DNA of 63,901 nt, filler included, from Octopus bimaculoides (GCF_001194135.2; 4 parts of 3 records of this genome joined end to end with filler, not necessarily neighbours in it), one strand, 5' to 3'. Shown: positions 24,847-39,178, numbered from the whole stretch's first letter. Translations and numbers: made by a program. Notes: generated from the letters alone by a model not told the origin.

Positions 24847-24852
24847 AATAAA
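24847..24852 (+). terminator. Candidate TOP3B polyadenylation signal
   Basis: AATAAA 38 nt after the stop codon, followed by T/GT-rich sequence. Confidence 0.5.
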
Positions 24853-27800
24853 GAATTCTACCCTATGTGTTGCTGTTGTATTCTTACTTTTCTGATGATG
24901 ATATTTATTAAATGAATTGATGTATTCATTACATAGGAATGAGATAATGAATTAAACAATTTTTGTAATTAACAAAATTACCATAAAAACCCATGTAATT
25001 TATGCTTTTTTTTTTTTTTTTTCACAAAAATAAAAATAAACTTTAAGGATGCATAAATTACTTGAGAAGATCATTTCCAGAATTTTTTTTAGAAATTTTT
25101 TTATCTATGAAAGATATACAAAACGTAAACATTCATACCAGAAGTTGACTCATTTAATGTCAATAGGTTTTTACAGAAAAAATAAGGGCTTAAACATGAA
25201 GCTAACTTTTATTTATGCTGGATGGTATAATGCTTACTTTTTCTGTATAAATTTACTAAAACCATTAAATGGTTAACTATTTTTTGAAGTCTGACATTCA
25301 TGCTGGTAATCATGGTCCGGGCCATATTTTACATCGCTTGGAGTGTCTACCTATTGCAATGGAGCATCATTGACATACACAGGGATATGGATATTCTTGA
25401 CTGAAAAAAATGTAATGATATGGATAATCTTGATTATATGGTTTTATGTTTGTCTGTTTTTCTTGTTTTATTATTAGATTGGCAAAATTGAGGATGGTAA
25501 GGAAAAGGTTGTAAATGTTTACAATTTACATCCTGACTACTACCATTCTTGACATTGGTGTGAACTACCAACTATTAGGAGCAATGTGCAGCTCTTCAGT
25601 TGCAATCATGTCTAAAATAAGATTTTTCTGAACATAACTAAAACAACAAACAATTTTAAAATTTTTATGTACTATATGAAAATGTACAAGCAATGCATTA
25701 CAAATATATTGAAATGGGTAATATTCTTATTAAACAGTTTGTTTTTCAATCTCATTGGTGATTGAGAGCACTGGTATTTACTGTTTGGGTGTGAATTTTA
25801 CATAAGTAGAAGCTTCTTTTAACAAATTTTATCCTGAAAATTACCTGCATAAATTACATGGGTTTCTATGGTTATTATGAAATTATAACAAAGTTCCAGT
25901 CACTTTAGCCTAGTGCTTTTGTAAACTACAAATGAAACAAATTTTCATTTGGATAAGATACTGTTTTATCACAATAGCTTTTCTTGGAAGTTCTCATCCA
26001 CAGTCTGTAACATTGCTCTATCCATGTGGACATTTCATCTCTTGGTAATTTAGAAAGTTAAATATGTTGTCACTCTCTGATAACAACTCATGTGAAACTG
26101 CCTTAGGTTCTATGATATTTTAAAGTGGACTAAAAACCTTCCATTAAAATTTCACATTAATGTTCCTAACACCAACTTAATAAAGTTTACTAATTGTTCG
26201 GTTATTTTCAAAATTAATAAAAAAAATATAAGTATATTTCAACAGAAATATATTTAAAGGGTTAAATCACTCCATTCTGGTAAAATGGTGGAGTCAAGCT
26301 ATAAAAAGAAGTAAAATTGTGCTATATTCTATACAACTTGGTTTTATAAGAGCATCAAACCATAGACATATTCTGAAATCTATGAGTAACATGAAATTTT
26401 GAAAGTGTCTTATGCTATAGTTTGATTACAAAATCATTGTATAGTTTGTAAGAATTAGCAAATGCACATGTTAAGGCAGAACAGATGGAGTGGAAAACAA
26501 AAAATTAGTGGTGACTGGAGGAATACATGATGTCTGACTCTACCCTCTTCCATCATGATGCAGTGAAAGAAAGATGGCATCAAAATGTCCATGTCCACTA
26601 CCGTCTCCCTTCTTTACTGCAAGCCATTACTTTCTTTCCTCTGTGTGACTTTTCATTGACATCTATTATTAATTAACCAATATCCATTTTTATTGTTGTC
26701 TTTCCATTCTCATCTCTAGTACTTTACCAAATATGGACATATAATTATCACTGTCATTCCTTCTCCTGTCCACTTTTAAAGAATAGAGAGAATTCTTTAG
26801 TCGTGCAGAAAATAAGTCAACCGCTCTTGCACAGGCGCCATTATAAAATTCATTCAATATACCCAGTAAAGTAGCTGGCTTTAGGAAGGGCATCCAATAT
26901 GGTCTAGTGATCTATCTAGGAAGGCAGTGACTTCAACAGATTAGTTCCATGACAATCTATTAAACCTATGCCAGCATGGAAAGCAGACAAAATGTTATCT
27001 TATTTTTGAAATGAATAAAAGAAAAATACAACAAGTAAACTTTAATATATTTATTAACAATTGCTGCACTTCAGCCCATTTTGAGTGAAGTATTAAAACT
27101 TCCTAAATTGTTTTAAAATTAGAAAAGGGAGAAGAATCACAATTCGTTGTCACAATTAAATAATGCATACTGTTCACACACGTGTGTGTGTGTGTATATA
27201 TTTATATATATATATATATATACATACATACACACATACATATATAATGTGTGTGTAATTTAAGAAAAGAGAAAACAAATGAAACAGGTTCACAACTAAG
27301 TTTAATATACAATGTATTTATATAGTGATTGTGGGGTGTCCATATGAACTTTTTAACCATGTAGGACCAAAAAATAAAGGGGGGAGGGAAACAAAAAGCA
27401 AAATTTAGGCAATCATTAGGATCACGAATCAGTTAAGTAAACACGACTTTTATATTTTCCATAGTACATACTAATACTTAAGAAATGTTTACAATGACCA
27501 ATGGAGGCCTACATCACAGTATAATACTTTGTCCAGCACTGACAAATCATATTTAACATCACATTAAATTTTGCCTTGCAATCACAGAAACCAGTTGAAA
27601 AATTTTACAGAATTTTATTTATATATAATATATTCTTTTTATGTGTTTGTTCTTTTTTTTTCTTCAATAAACTGTGCTTGTTACAAAAATAAGTAACCAC
27701 TTATATCAACTCACATACTTCTCAATTTTTCTGTTGTATATGCTGTTAATGGAGGTAAAGCTAATTAAAACATATGCTGAGTATATCTCAATGAATAATA

Positions 27801-30082
27801 TCCCTATGCTACAAAACCTGAGAGCATCCAAATTTCTGTCAGTTACAATTTCTCAAAACTAACATTTTGTTCTTAGAAACTCTATGTTAGATGCCAATAA
27901 AGCAAGATTAATTTTTGGCATATTCCAGTGTCAGAGATGAATCAACAAAAATAAAAATCCTACTGTTATCCAAGATTGAAATTACCATTTTTTTTTTTCC
28001 CCCAAACTCCATCCAGGACATGTATTATTCCTAAATGTCATTATGATTCATTCATTTAAAAATAAAGTGTTTGTTTTTATGCACACAACTGGACATAATA
28101 CACATGCATTCTAATCATCTAAACGTTATATAGTTATATACATTATTTCTGCCACCTATTTTCACCGTTCACAGTTATGATAGATATTTCATTGAGTACT
28201 CAGGACAAAAGTGGTTAACATATACATAAATATTTTTTACTGAATACATAAATATCATATGAAGTTCTGTACATTATCAGAAATATTTTTACAAGAATTT
28301 CTCAATACAAGATACGTATTTATAAGTAATTTTTTTAGCTAATATTTTCAAAACTTCCCAAACTTCTTACAGTAGTCCGGTTAGTTCTTCATTTGAGCTT
28401 TATTTTTTATTTATTTTTTTAAATAAAAGTAGTGTTAGTTTTATAATAAATTCTTAAAGTTCTTTTTCCTCAACAAACGTCCATCTTTCTCTTTCATGTA
28501 TGTATACATTTATTGAACTTTAGGATTAAATTGTCCATTTCTTTGTCATGGAGTTCTTTTTTTTTCGCTTCATTTTGTTTTGCAATATTATATTTTTAAT
28601 TTTTCATAATTACTTAATTCACTTAATTTTTGTTTAATATTAGGAATTTTCCTCAAGAACATAACCAAACTATCAATGGAGAATCTTTTTTTATGTATAT
28701 ATGACTCCAGTTTAAAAATGCCATGAAATCAATAATTTTATCTCAATATTTCTTAATGCACACATTAAAAGTAAATAAATACTGTTCCACCTTCACTGCA
28801 CATGCAGTGTCAAACATATCTGTGACCAACATAAAAGACAGTATAACAATGTTCAACATAACACTGTTCTGCAGTTGGATGTCCAGACAAGATTGTGGTG
28901 AAAATTTGAAACAATAAAACAGATATGAGAAAATATATAAATAATCTCCCGATAATAAATTTATTTTCACTGTCACATCACCAAATACTGGATCTTTGGA
29001 CTTACTTCTACTTTATTCCTAGCAAAATATATTTTATTCCACTCCATGCCTCCCTTACTGGGAGTTGGGGTATGTAGAGTTAAAATAGTTTTCTTTCTAC
29101 TATTAATAATGGTTTCTATCAAATTACACCAAAAACTAATTAGAAAATGAGAAATCAAAAGTAAAATATAGCAAAACAAAGTGATCTTTTTTATCACACA
29201 TACAGAGAATGTTAACCTAAGTTTGTAGAGTATTTACTTATTTAGTGATATTTGACAAAATATTCTGTACAATCAAAATAAGAGGAAAAAAATGTGGTCA
29301 GTTTATTTTTCTTTCTTTCTTTTTTTTTTTTTACAATAATTTCTAAACAGATAAATTATAAAGTAATTTTGGTTCCAACCAAAATACAGTTTGTATTGAG
29401 AGCATTCCAGGTTTATAAATCTTTTTATCTTGATATAGTGTACAAATTTATTTGGCATAATTATTAATTTTTTTGTCACCAACTTGTGCCAATGCCATGA
29501 ACCATTATTATTTCAATAGTATTATTTCAAACTGTTTTACTTCATTAAGCACAACCATCTCAAAACCTAACATGCAAACACATTCACAACATGTTCCAAC
29601 TAAAATGCATATGGATTCAATGAATTTTAATCAATACATTCTCTCTCTCCCTCTTTCATTATAATTACAAGTTGACAGTTTCTAAGACTAGATATATTTC
29701 ATTTCTTTATGAGACATATAGCCTAAAAAATATTAAGGAAGACAGTGGAAAAGAAGACAATCAGTGGAAACCAATACACCATAAATAACTGGTACTTATT
29801 CTATTGATCAAAAAGAAAAGCTAAGTAAGTTTTAAATTCATAACTGTAAGGGTTTGGACTAAAATCTAGTCCAGTTCTATCATACAATAGGCTCTCTCCT
29901 TAGTTATACATTAAATCATTTAGTAGATAGCATAACAAAGCCTGAGCAAATCATTTGCATTTGACCAACATTTTTAATATTCTTCCTAATAGCCCGAGGT
30001 AGAATAACATACACAGTTGACATTTCTACTACTTTAATAACCCTTAGCCATTATAACAATACAGATAGATCATGCTCTACCT

Positions 30083-30182
30083 NNNNNNNNNNNNNNNNNN
30101 NNNNNNNNNNNNNNNNNNNNNNNNNNTTAATTAATTAANNNNNNNNNNNNNNNNNNNNNNNNNNNNNNNNNNNNNNNNNNNN
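30083..30182. other. Artificial assembly spacer 44N+TTAATTAATTAA+44N
   Basis: Identical 100-bp design at 53341-53440 and 62798-62897; six-frame stop palindrome. Confidence 0.95.
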
Positions 30183-30235
<53 letters not shown>

Positions 30236-30764
30236 ATATATATATATATATATAATCATAAATATATAGGGGTCAGCATGAGTTGCTGCACCAACATACT
30301 GAAAATTTAGAAATAGCAGTCAAAGAACTACTGATTCTAAACTACAATTTTTTCTCTAACGGATGGCGATATGTATGGCACACATAGAACAAAAAACAGA
30401 AGAGGAAATAAAAACAAACCTGCCTTTAGTTAATCATGTACGACGTTTCATAGTTAAGAATATAAAACTATTCTTTGCCAATCATCAGCATGATGTACGA
30501 TAAATCTGAAAATGTCTATATACTCATGGGCATTTGACCATGCGACATCAAAATCACATGAGGAAAGGCATTCACAACATTTATCGACTAGTAAGTTCAA
30601 CATTTCACCCCAAGAAATTTATCCGATGTGCGCCACAAATAGTCCCGCATAAAAAGTCCCGCATAAAAGGGTTGCAGTTTAACCATCTAATAAGAGACAT
30701 CAATATAAATATACATTGTAAATTTTTAATTTTATTACTAATTGGCAATTCCCTGCCCTATATC

Positions 30765-30832
<68 letters not shown>

Positions 30833-30952
30833 CGCGCGCGCGTGTATACGTATATATATAATATAAGTATGTATGTAGTATGTATATATGTAATGACGTA
30901 AAGACGGACGAAATACTGCTAGCCATTCTACCAGCTTGCTGCTTTTCAAATG

Positions 30953-30955
30953 ATG

Positions 30956-31015
<60 letters not shown>

Positions 31016-31025
31016 NNNNNNNNNN

Positions 31026-31079
<54 letters not shown>

Positions 31080-31082
31080 TAA
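30953..31082. repeat. (AAT)n microsatellite with gap; one of many SSRs ((TA)n, (CA)n, (GA)n 38208-38260, (TACC)(TACA) 34050-34160, (CTA)n 52894-52990, (GGAT)n(GT)n 53818-53952)
   Basis: Direct reading; most N gaps are flanked by SSRs. Confidence 0.97.
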
Positions 31083-31301
31083 TAAAAGCAACCAGGATTA
31101 TAACATTAGTAATAATGTTTTCGTTATGAACCACGAAAGATTGGCAATAAAGATCGAGAGCGGAACACTGCAATCCAGTGTAGGGTTAATAAAGCTATAC
31201 AACATGTGACCACATCTCCATTGTCTATGTTAGGAATTTGAGTTTGGTAGCATCTATAAGAAGCCGTCAATATATCAAGAATTCCACCACATTATAGCCA
31301 T

Positions 31302-31533
31302 TCATACTTTAACCTGGTTTTTGTTTTTGCTTCTTTTCTTACTGATATATAGGGCATCAAAATCTTGTTTCTTGCTATCGTGGTTCTTTTTCTTTCTTTT
31401 TTTCTTTTTGTAGTTTTCTATTTGTTTCCCTCCACAAACCCTCGTGGGAAAATATATATAATGTCCTTTCTGACACTTCACACTGACACACACGAAAATA
31501 AAAAAAGTTATGGTAAGAACAACTAGAAAATTA
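31302..31533 (-). CDS. Weak candidate transmembrane + basic-tail exon NFLVVLTITFFIFVCVSVKCQKGHYIYF...KKKKRKKK...DFDALYI(SKKRSKNKNQVKV*)
   Basis: Acceptor tgttgtgttttag|T; donor options ATCA|gtaaga (exon end 31343) or CAG|gttaaa (31314). Low-complexity composition could mimic a TM helix. Confidence 0.3.
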
Positions 31534-32390
31534 CTAAAACACAACAAAATTAAAGAAAACCATCAAAATCTGACAGTAACTTTCAACACACACAATCACA
31601 CACGCACACGCATAATATATGTACACACACACACATATATATGTATACATACATACACACACACACACATATATATATTTACCTACACACACACACACAC
31701 ACANNNNNNNNNNNNNNNNNNNNNNNNNNNNNNNNNNNNNNNNNNNNNNNNNNNNNNNNNNNNNNNNNNNNNNNNNNNNNNNNNNNNNNNNNNNNNNNNN
31801 NNNNNNNNNNNNNNNNNNNNNNNNNNNNNNNNNNNNNNNNNNNNNNNNNNNNNNNNNNNNNNNNNNNNNNNNNNNNNNNNNNNNNNNATATATATATATA
31901 TATATATATATACAAACACACATATATATATGTGTTTGTATGTATGTATGTACTACGTGTAGTACAACTTTATTTTTTTTTTGTTTTTGTTTTTCTGAGT
32001 AGAAGAAACAAAGAGATTACGAATTAATAAAATTACTATTTCCATGTTCTGAAGATAATCTTTTATTAGAATCCTAACTTTTGAAGAAAACACGTAATCT
32101 CGAAAGCTCTCTTTATTTTACTTTCATTTTAAAACGGTATCTTTTCATTAGGAACTGACAATTGTTTGATGTTGGATTCTCTGTATGTTACCTTTAGTAA
32201 AACGTAAGGAGGGATGATCTCTCTTAAATACTATGTTCTGTTTGTATTATATTTATTAAGTCATCGCAAGTTCTATTGTATTTCGAATTTGTTTACTTTT
32301 TGTGTTCCTCCTTAATCCCTCAGTTTATAACTGTGCTTGATTTATGAAGCTGCATAAAAGTCTTTGCATTTCAACACATATATGCACACT

Positions 32391-32432
<42 letters not shown>

Positions 32433-32502
32433 TACACACGCAATATTTGTATAGACATGCATACAAGCAAAAGCGCACACATACATACATACATACATAT
32501 GC

Positions 32503-32536
<34 letters not shown>

Positions 32537-33178
32537 CAAAACTTACTGTGTAAAGATAACGCGTGCGTTCTGTCGTGTGATACAAACAATATATGAGTAT
32601 ATGCATATATATGTACATGTATATATGCATCTATATGTACATGCAGGTGAAGGTATGTACATACATGTACATATATATGCATATATTCATATATTGTTTA
32701 TATATATATATATATATGAGTGTATGTATGTATGTATGTATGTATGTATGTATGTATAAACACGTGTGTGTAATTCACAAACTTTATGAAGCCAGTTACT
32801 TGGAGGAACACCGAAAAGTAGATTTACAATAAAGTACTCGGAGTATAAATATCATCAATGCCAAAACCAATGTTATTTTTATTGAAATAATGAGAACTAC
32901 GAAAGCATTCTGCTTTGTTTAAGAATTCGTCTATTGTTTCCATGGTATTTACAAAAATGCTACACATGCACATACCCACAAACACACGCATAAATATATA
33001 AACACTTACTATGCGTATATAAAATATATAAGAAGCTTGCTTCCCAACCACATGGTCCCGGCTTCAGTCCCACTGCGTGGCACCTTGGGCAGGTGTCTTC
33101 TACTATAGCCTCGGGCCGACCAAAGCCTTGTGAGTGGATTTGGTAGACAAAAACTGAAAGAAGCCCGTCGTATAAGTA

Positions 33179-33213
<35 letters not shown>

Positions 33214-33344
33214 AGAGGGATGACCACTAAGTGGACATCCATTATGCTAGAAGAAGACCACCTATGCCGCTAAGCACATTTTCCGGTGCGGTAGCGATTT
33301 GACCAGCTCACCGCCACCCTACTGAACGTAGACACTGATTTCAA

Positions 33345-33572
33345 ATTTAGGCACAAAGCCAACAATTTCGAGTGGTGTAAGTCGATTACATCGACCTCAG
33401 TCCTTAAAAGGTACTTATTTTATAGACCCCAATCCTCAACTGTTACCCATTCTATTGACTCCGAAAGGCAAAGTCCACCTCGGCGGAATTTAAACTCAGT
33501 ACATAAAGATGAACGAAATGCTGTTGGGCATTTTGCTTGGTACGGTAACGATTCTGCCACGTCATCGCCTTA
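33345..33572 (-). mobile_element. SINE family C
   Basis: Reverse complement of the 20962 family; also at 36385-36530, 42130-42250, 44390-44600, 58345-58560. Confidence 0.75.
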
Positions 33573-34285
33573 TTGAACGTAGATATTAACAGACATCCAT
33601 AACTACATTTACACATATCTAGTGAATGGCAAAATGGTAAATACTGTTTCAAACAGTGCAATGAAGATATCTTGGGGCAATTGCCGAGTGGTGTGGATCG
33701 TATTTCTGTACCTCCAAAACACTTGAGATTTTCAGCAATGCTACTGCTGTCTGCAAAGCTGCAGCAATGAAAATTTGATTTCTATGCACATATTTCCAAT
33801 TAGATGAACTGGATTACTGTAAGCCAGTTAATTTTGCCATAGTGTCGATCGATCAACTAGTAGACGGAAAACTTATTGATTCGCTGAACTGCAATTAATG
33901 AATCATCGTAAAAAAATCATTCCATAATGGCTGTTGCAACACAGCACATGTAGGTACTTCAAAGGAGTTTTCAACTGAATCCTGTCGTGGGTTCACTCAG
34001 GCAAAGACATGGTTGTACTCGCAAGGGTTATACACCTACCGATGTATGTTACCTACCTACCTACCTACCTACCTACCTACCTACCTACCTACATACATAC
34101 ATACATACATACATACAGACATACATACACACATAAATACATACATGCATACATACATACACATAAAGACATTTATATAAGTTTATATGTGTAGATAGAT
34201 ATTTAAATATGCATACTTATATATACATACACATATACATGTACATATAAATATATATATTATACATACATACACATATAAATAT

Positions 34286-34348
<63 letters not shown>

Positions 34349-34464
34349 CATACACACACACACTACATATGTTCAAGATATACAAACATTTATATACATA
34401 TATTTTGATAGCGCATACACATATGTATCATTTCACATATACACTTATATACTAAGAGCGTGTT

Positions 34465-34501
<37 letters not shown>

Positions 34502-35257
34502 CAATCAGTCAATCTATCTAGCTGTGTGGTAAGAAACTTACTTCCCAACCACATGGTTCCTGGTTCCGTCCCACTGCGTGGCAACTAGGGCAAGTGTCCT
34601 CTACTACAGCCTCGGGCCAACCAAAGCCTTGTGAATGGATTTGTCAGACGGAAACTGAAAGAAGCCCATCTTACAGATGTATATATATATATACGTACAT
34701 GTTTGTGTGTCTGGGTTTTCGTTCCCGCCATCATCGCTTGACAACCGATGTTGGTGTGTTTACGTCCCCGTAACGTAGCTGTTCGGCAAAAACAACCAAT
34801 AGAATAAGTCCTGGTGTCGATTTGTTCGACTAAAGGATGTGCTCCAGCATGGCCGCAGTCAACTGACTGAAACAAGTTAAAGACTAAAAGAAAGAATATA
34901 ATGTACACTCTCTGTATCTTTGTATATGAGGCCCGTTAAACTGAATAATATCGTATTTTTACATATTCTACATATCTGCTTTGCTAATCACTTTTCCTAT
35001 CTTAACAGATAATTTTTTAATAGGAAATAACACACAACTTCTTTGGGATTTGAAATAGAACATGATTAACCACTACCAATACCTTTGTGAAATGTAAGAA
35101 ATTGTTAACAAGTACTAGCTACCACAGTGTGCTACATAAAGCTCAACACATGTCGCATCTTCTCGTGGATTTCACTCTCTCACGGATGTTTACTTCGGAA
35201 GATATGAAAATCTATTAGGAATTTCGCTGAATACGATAGGCTACACATACACGAATG

Positions 35258-35505
35258 TGGAGGCGCGTGGCTTAGTGTGTCAGCATCATGATCGTAAGAT
35301 TGTGGTTTCGATTCCTGTACCGGGTGACGCGTTGTGTTCTTGAGCAAAACACTTCATTTTCACATTGCTCCAGTCCACTCAGCTGGCAAAAATGAGTAAC
35401 GCTGCGATGGACTGGCGTCCCGTACAGCTGGGGAACACATACGCCATTGAAACCGGGAAACCGGGCCATGAGCCTGGCTAGGCTTTAAAAGGGCGCATTT
35501 ATTTT
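35258..35505 (+). mobile_element. tRNA-derived SINE (head B, tail Y)
   Basis: Head shared with 4940/48100; tail gagtaacgctgcgatggactggcg...gggcg shared with 60760-61064. Confidence 0.8.
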
Positions 35506-36085
35506 TTATATTTTTACACATACACGAATACTTACACACAAGAAACACACTTTTACTTATTCACTTATTAATGCAAGTGGTNNNNNNNNNNNNNNNNNNN
35601 NNNNNNNNNNNNNNNNNNNNNNNNNNNNNNNNNNNNNNNNNNNNNNNNNNNNNNNNNNNNNNNNNNNNNNNNNNNNNNNNNNNNNNNNNNNNNNNNNNNN
35701 NNNNNNNNNNNNNNNNNNNNNNNNNNNNNNNNNNNNNNNNNNNNNNNNNNNNNNNNNNNNNNNNNNNNNNNNNNNNNNNNNNNNNNNNNNNNNNNNNNNN
35801 NNNNNNNNNNNNNNNNNNNNNNNNNNNNNNNNNNNNNNNNNNNNNNNNNNNNNNNNNNNNNNNNNNNNNNNNNNNNNNNNNNNNNNNNNNNNNNNNNNNN
35901 NNNNNNNNNNNNNNNNNNNNNNNNNNNNNNNNNNNNNNNNNNNNNNNNNNNNNNNNNNNNNNNNNNNNNNNNNNNNNNNNNNNNNNNNNNNNNNNNNNNN
36001 NNNNNNNNNNNNNNNNNNNNNNNNNNNNNNNNNNNAATGTAAACCCTTCTGGATAATAAAGAAATGATTATTATTATTATTATTA

Positions 36086-36144
<59 letters not shown>

Positions 36145-36560
36145 GTTATTGTTATTACTATTATTGTTACTTATGAAACGCATGTCTAAAGATACATGTA
36201 TCTTTTGCTTCAGGAAATCTGTGTATATGTAATGAATGTTATCAGTCGAAAGACAAACAGATTTATAAAAGATATTTTTTTTTGTGAGTGGTATCTTCAA
36301 TATCTCATTTTAAATGATATGTTTAATATTATATAAGATGATACTGGAAATTAAATTTTCTCCTTTTATTAATAATCTCTGATTTCGACGCACAGTTTGC
36401 GATTTTTGAAGGAAGCCTTTTGTCCATTACACTGATCACAGTACTTGATTGGTACTTTTTTTATCGACTCAAGAAGGATGAAAGGCAAAGTTGACTTCGG
36501 GGATATTTGAACTCAGAACGTAAAGAACCGGAGCAAATCTTATGTGCATATGTACGTATA

Positions 36561-37470
36561 CGAGATGGTATCAAAATGTTCCCGGACTAGTTATGCTTAA
36601 TATAAAAAAAACAAACTTATTCACATAAATTTTAACATCATTTCCTTCTAAATAGTCACCTTGCTTAGCAATACACGGACCCAGCATTCCTGTCGCTTTT
36701 GGAATCCGGTCTGGACGTCGTTTTCCATAAGCGAGTCGAAGACATTCTATGATTCGCTCTTGATCTCGACAACGGTGTTAAAACGGCAACCTTTGAGCTG
36801 CATTTTTATTTTGGGGAACTGATTGAAGTCCGTAGGTGCTAAATAGGGCGAATAGTATGGGTGCGGAAGCGATACCGTGTTGTTTTTGGCGAAATTCTTA
36901 CGAGTTAGGAGAGCTGGAATGACAAGGTGCGTTACGGTCGTGAAAAATCCAATTCTTCGTGCTCCACAGATCCGGTCCCTTTCGCCGAATGTCCTCCCTC
37001 AAAGGCTTCAAAAAGTCGTAGAAGAACTCTCGATTGACGGCTGGCCCTGAGAGACGAATTATCAATGCACACCATCGCGGATGTCGAAAACACCGATGAG
37101 CATACTCTTGATTCAGCTGCGGCTCTGTGGTGCCTTCTTCGATCGTGGAGACGAAGGGCTCTTCCATTCTGACGACTGCTGCTTTGTATTTGAAGCATGT
37201 TCGATGTTTCTGTAGCAGACTTCCAAAACTTAACGCAGAATTTCCCGATGCCTCTTTGTTCCAACTTTCTGTCCAAGACAAAAATCGCAGACTAAAACAT
37301 ACACGTGATGACAGAAACGCTAATTTCACGAATTGCAAAGTAAACACAGAAATGTCATTCAGTATACTGCTTCATAACTTTACTACTAGCCGTCATTGCA
37401 CACGCAACCTTGTGCTACCTTTTGTTGGTGCACTACAGAACTAGTCCGGGAACATTTTGATAACACCTCG
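36561..37470 (-). mobile_element. Internally deleted mariner (DD34D-type) element, 910 bp
   Basis: 32-bp TIRs (36561-36592, 37439-37470; 2 mismatches) flanked by TA; remnants MDRKLEQR..KFCVK, QQSSEWKSPSSP, HDRNAPCH, YSPYLAPTDF. Confidence 0.93.
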
Positions 37471-37500
37471 TATATAATATATACGGAAGAAAGAAAATAG

Positions 37501-37838
37501 AATTCACAATATTCTTTACTATTCACTACGACCGTTTCGAGCCCTCGTGCATCGAAGGTGCAGATGTGTCGCATATTTCTATTAGAATGCATTTTGATAG
37601 TTATAGTGCATTACTCGTGTTACTCGTGTGGACGAGAGCAACGTATTACAACTACCAAACAAACTACAACTATCAAAATACATTCTAATAGAAATATGCA
37701 AAATGGAGATAAAAAAAAGGAAAACGAGGTACCTCTCAACAAGTTGTTACCTGATGAAACACACCAACTGTTCTCGCGAAGCACCGGTGCATCATGGGTC
37801 GAAAATATCGTAGTGAATGATAAAGAATCTTGTGAATT
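37501..37838. repeat. Foldback/MITE-like inverted repeat with an ~80-bp insert in the right arm
   Basis: 37571-37607 vs reverse complement of 37663-37699 match 35/37; 37501-37561 pairs with 37781-37838. Confidence 0.75.
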
Positions 37839-38201
37839 ACATTTTCCTTTTCTCATATGTTTTATAAACACTACGGATACAAAGGAATTCCTGAAGTAAA
37901 TCTTGTGTCATATACGTCCATACTGCTGATGACCTCAGGTAGCCGGCATACTACAAGGCCAATACCCGAATATTTAATTTATATATATATATGTTTATAT
38001 ACAAGACATTTTTCCGACACTCCTAACGGTTCTGCCAATCTTTTTTTTAAATTTTGTTTATAACATTGAAAATATAAGGAAAGTAAAATGATTGTAATAG
38101 AATTAGAAACCGGATGATCGCAGGTTATACGGCTTCCACAGAAACTTATATTAGTTACTCTATTTTGTATTCTCCTATGAATGAAAGAGACGGAAAGATT
38201 G

Positions 38202-38244
<43 letters not shown>

Positions 38245-38439
38245 AAGAGAAAGAGGGAGATGGTGGGATAGAACTAACAATGATGATAATACTAGCTTCT
38301 GCCGTTGCTGCTGGTGCTGCTGATAGTGATGACGGATGTGATATGATGACGAAAATGAAGATGGCGACAATAACTGCACTCTGCCAATATATTACAGTAA
38401 ATCTTGATAATAAAAGAAAAATGTAGAGTTGTTGTTTAC

Positions 38440-38505
38440 CTTCCTGCCGCCATCCTGACTCCGTTCCATCAGTTTAATCTCTGTCGAGTGACTTGCATTT
38501 TTATT
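38440..38505 (-). CDS. Candidate 66-nt phase 0-0 exon NKNASHSTEIKLMERSQDGGRK
   Basis: Long T-tract acceptor (tttttacttttgccag|AAT), donor AAG|gtaaac; the other two frames are closed; GC-richer than its flanks. Confidence 0.5.
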
Positions 38506-38649
38506 CTGGCAAAAGTAAAAAAAAAGAAAAAAGACAAGACACAAATATAAATTGGACAGCCAAAGGAAAGAGAAGTTTTGTGTGTTTATCTCATGGGTAC
38601 AACAACTGTAGAAACAACCGAAATAGAAGCAGTACCATCACAAAAACTA

Positions 38650-38682
<33 letters not shown>

Positions 38683-39142
38683 TACAATGTGCTATATGCA
38701 TATATATATCTTTATGCATATGTATATGTGCATGTTTGTGTATGTAATGTGCGTATGTGGCGTTTCCCAGAATAAAACAATAAAAACGCGATGATGGGAT
38801 AAAAAAAAAACTGAATTGCAAATGGAAAATGGTTCCATGTACATTTGAAAGCAACCTCTAAAATTATACAAGTTGCCGACATATCAAGGTGTACATCTGA
38901 GTTTCCAATGAAATGTGCCAGCACAATTGAGATTAAAAACGTAGATATACTGTTTTAACTAGGCAATTCTTCATCTTATATTCCATCTTAATGATGCAGC
39001 ACGATGGAGAGACGGTGAGGTGCCTCAACATACAGTGAAATCTAAATATTGCTCACTGCAAATATATATTATATATATATATATATGTGTGTGCGTGTGT
39101 ATGTGTCTGCATGTGTGTGTATATATATATGTGTGTTTTTGC

Positions 39143-39178
<36 letters not shown>

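Noticed and set aside
28973-29018. Possible terminal exon (x)NKVEVSPKIQYLVM* on the minus strand (ttttgctag| acceptor)
   Set aside because: Only 14 codons, no homology recognised, no phase-compatible upstream exon; indistinguishable from chance
30420-30505. Minus-strand AG...GT block (cattttcag| ... GCAG|gtttgt)
   Set aside because: All three frames hit stops; could only be a terminal or UTR exon and has no other support
30641-30668. 14-bp tandem duplication AGTCCCGCATAAAA x2 and the ORF at 30534
   Set aside because: Two copies only; the ORF runs into SSRs and has no recognisable motif
32824-33051. Minus ORF METIDEFLNKAECF...
   Set aside because: Starts inside a SINE and SSR region; weak splice signals; no homology recognised
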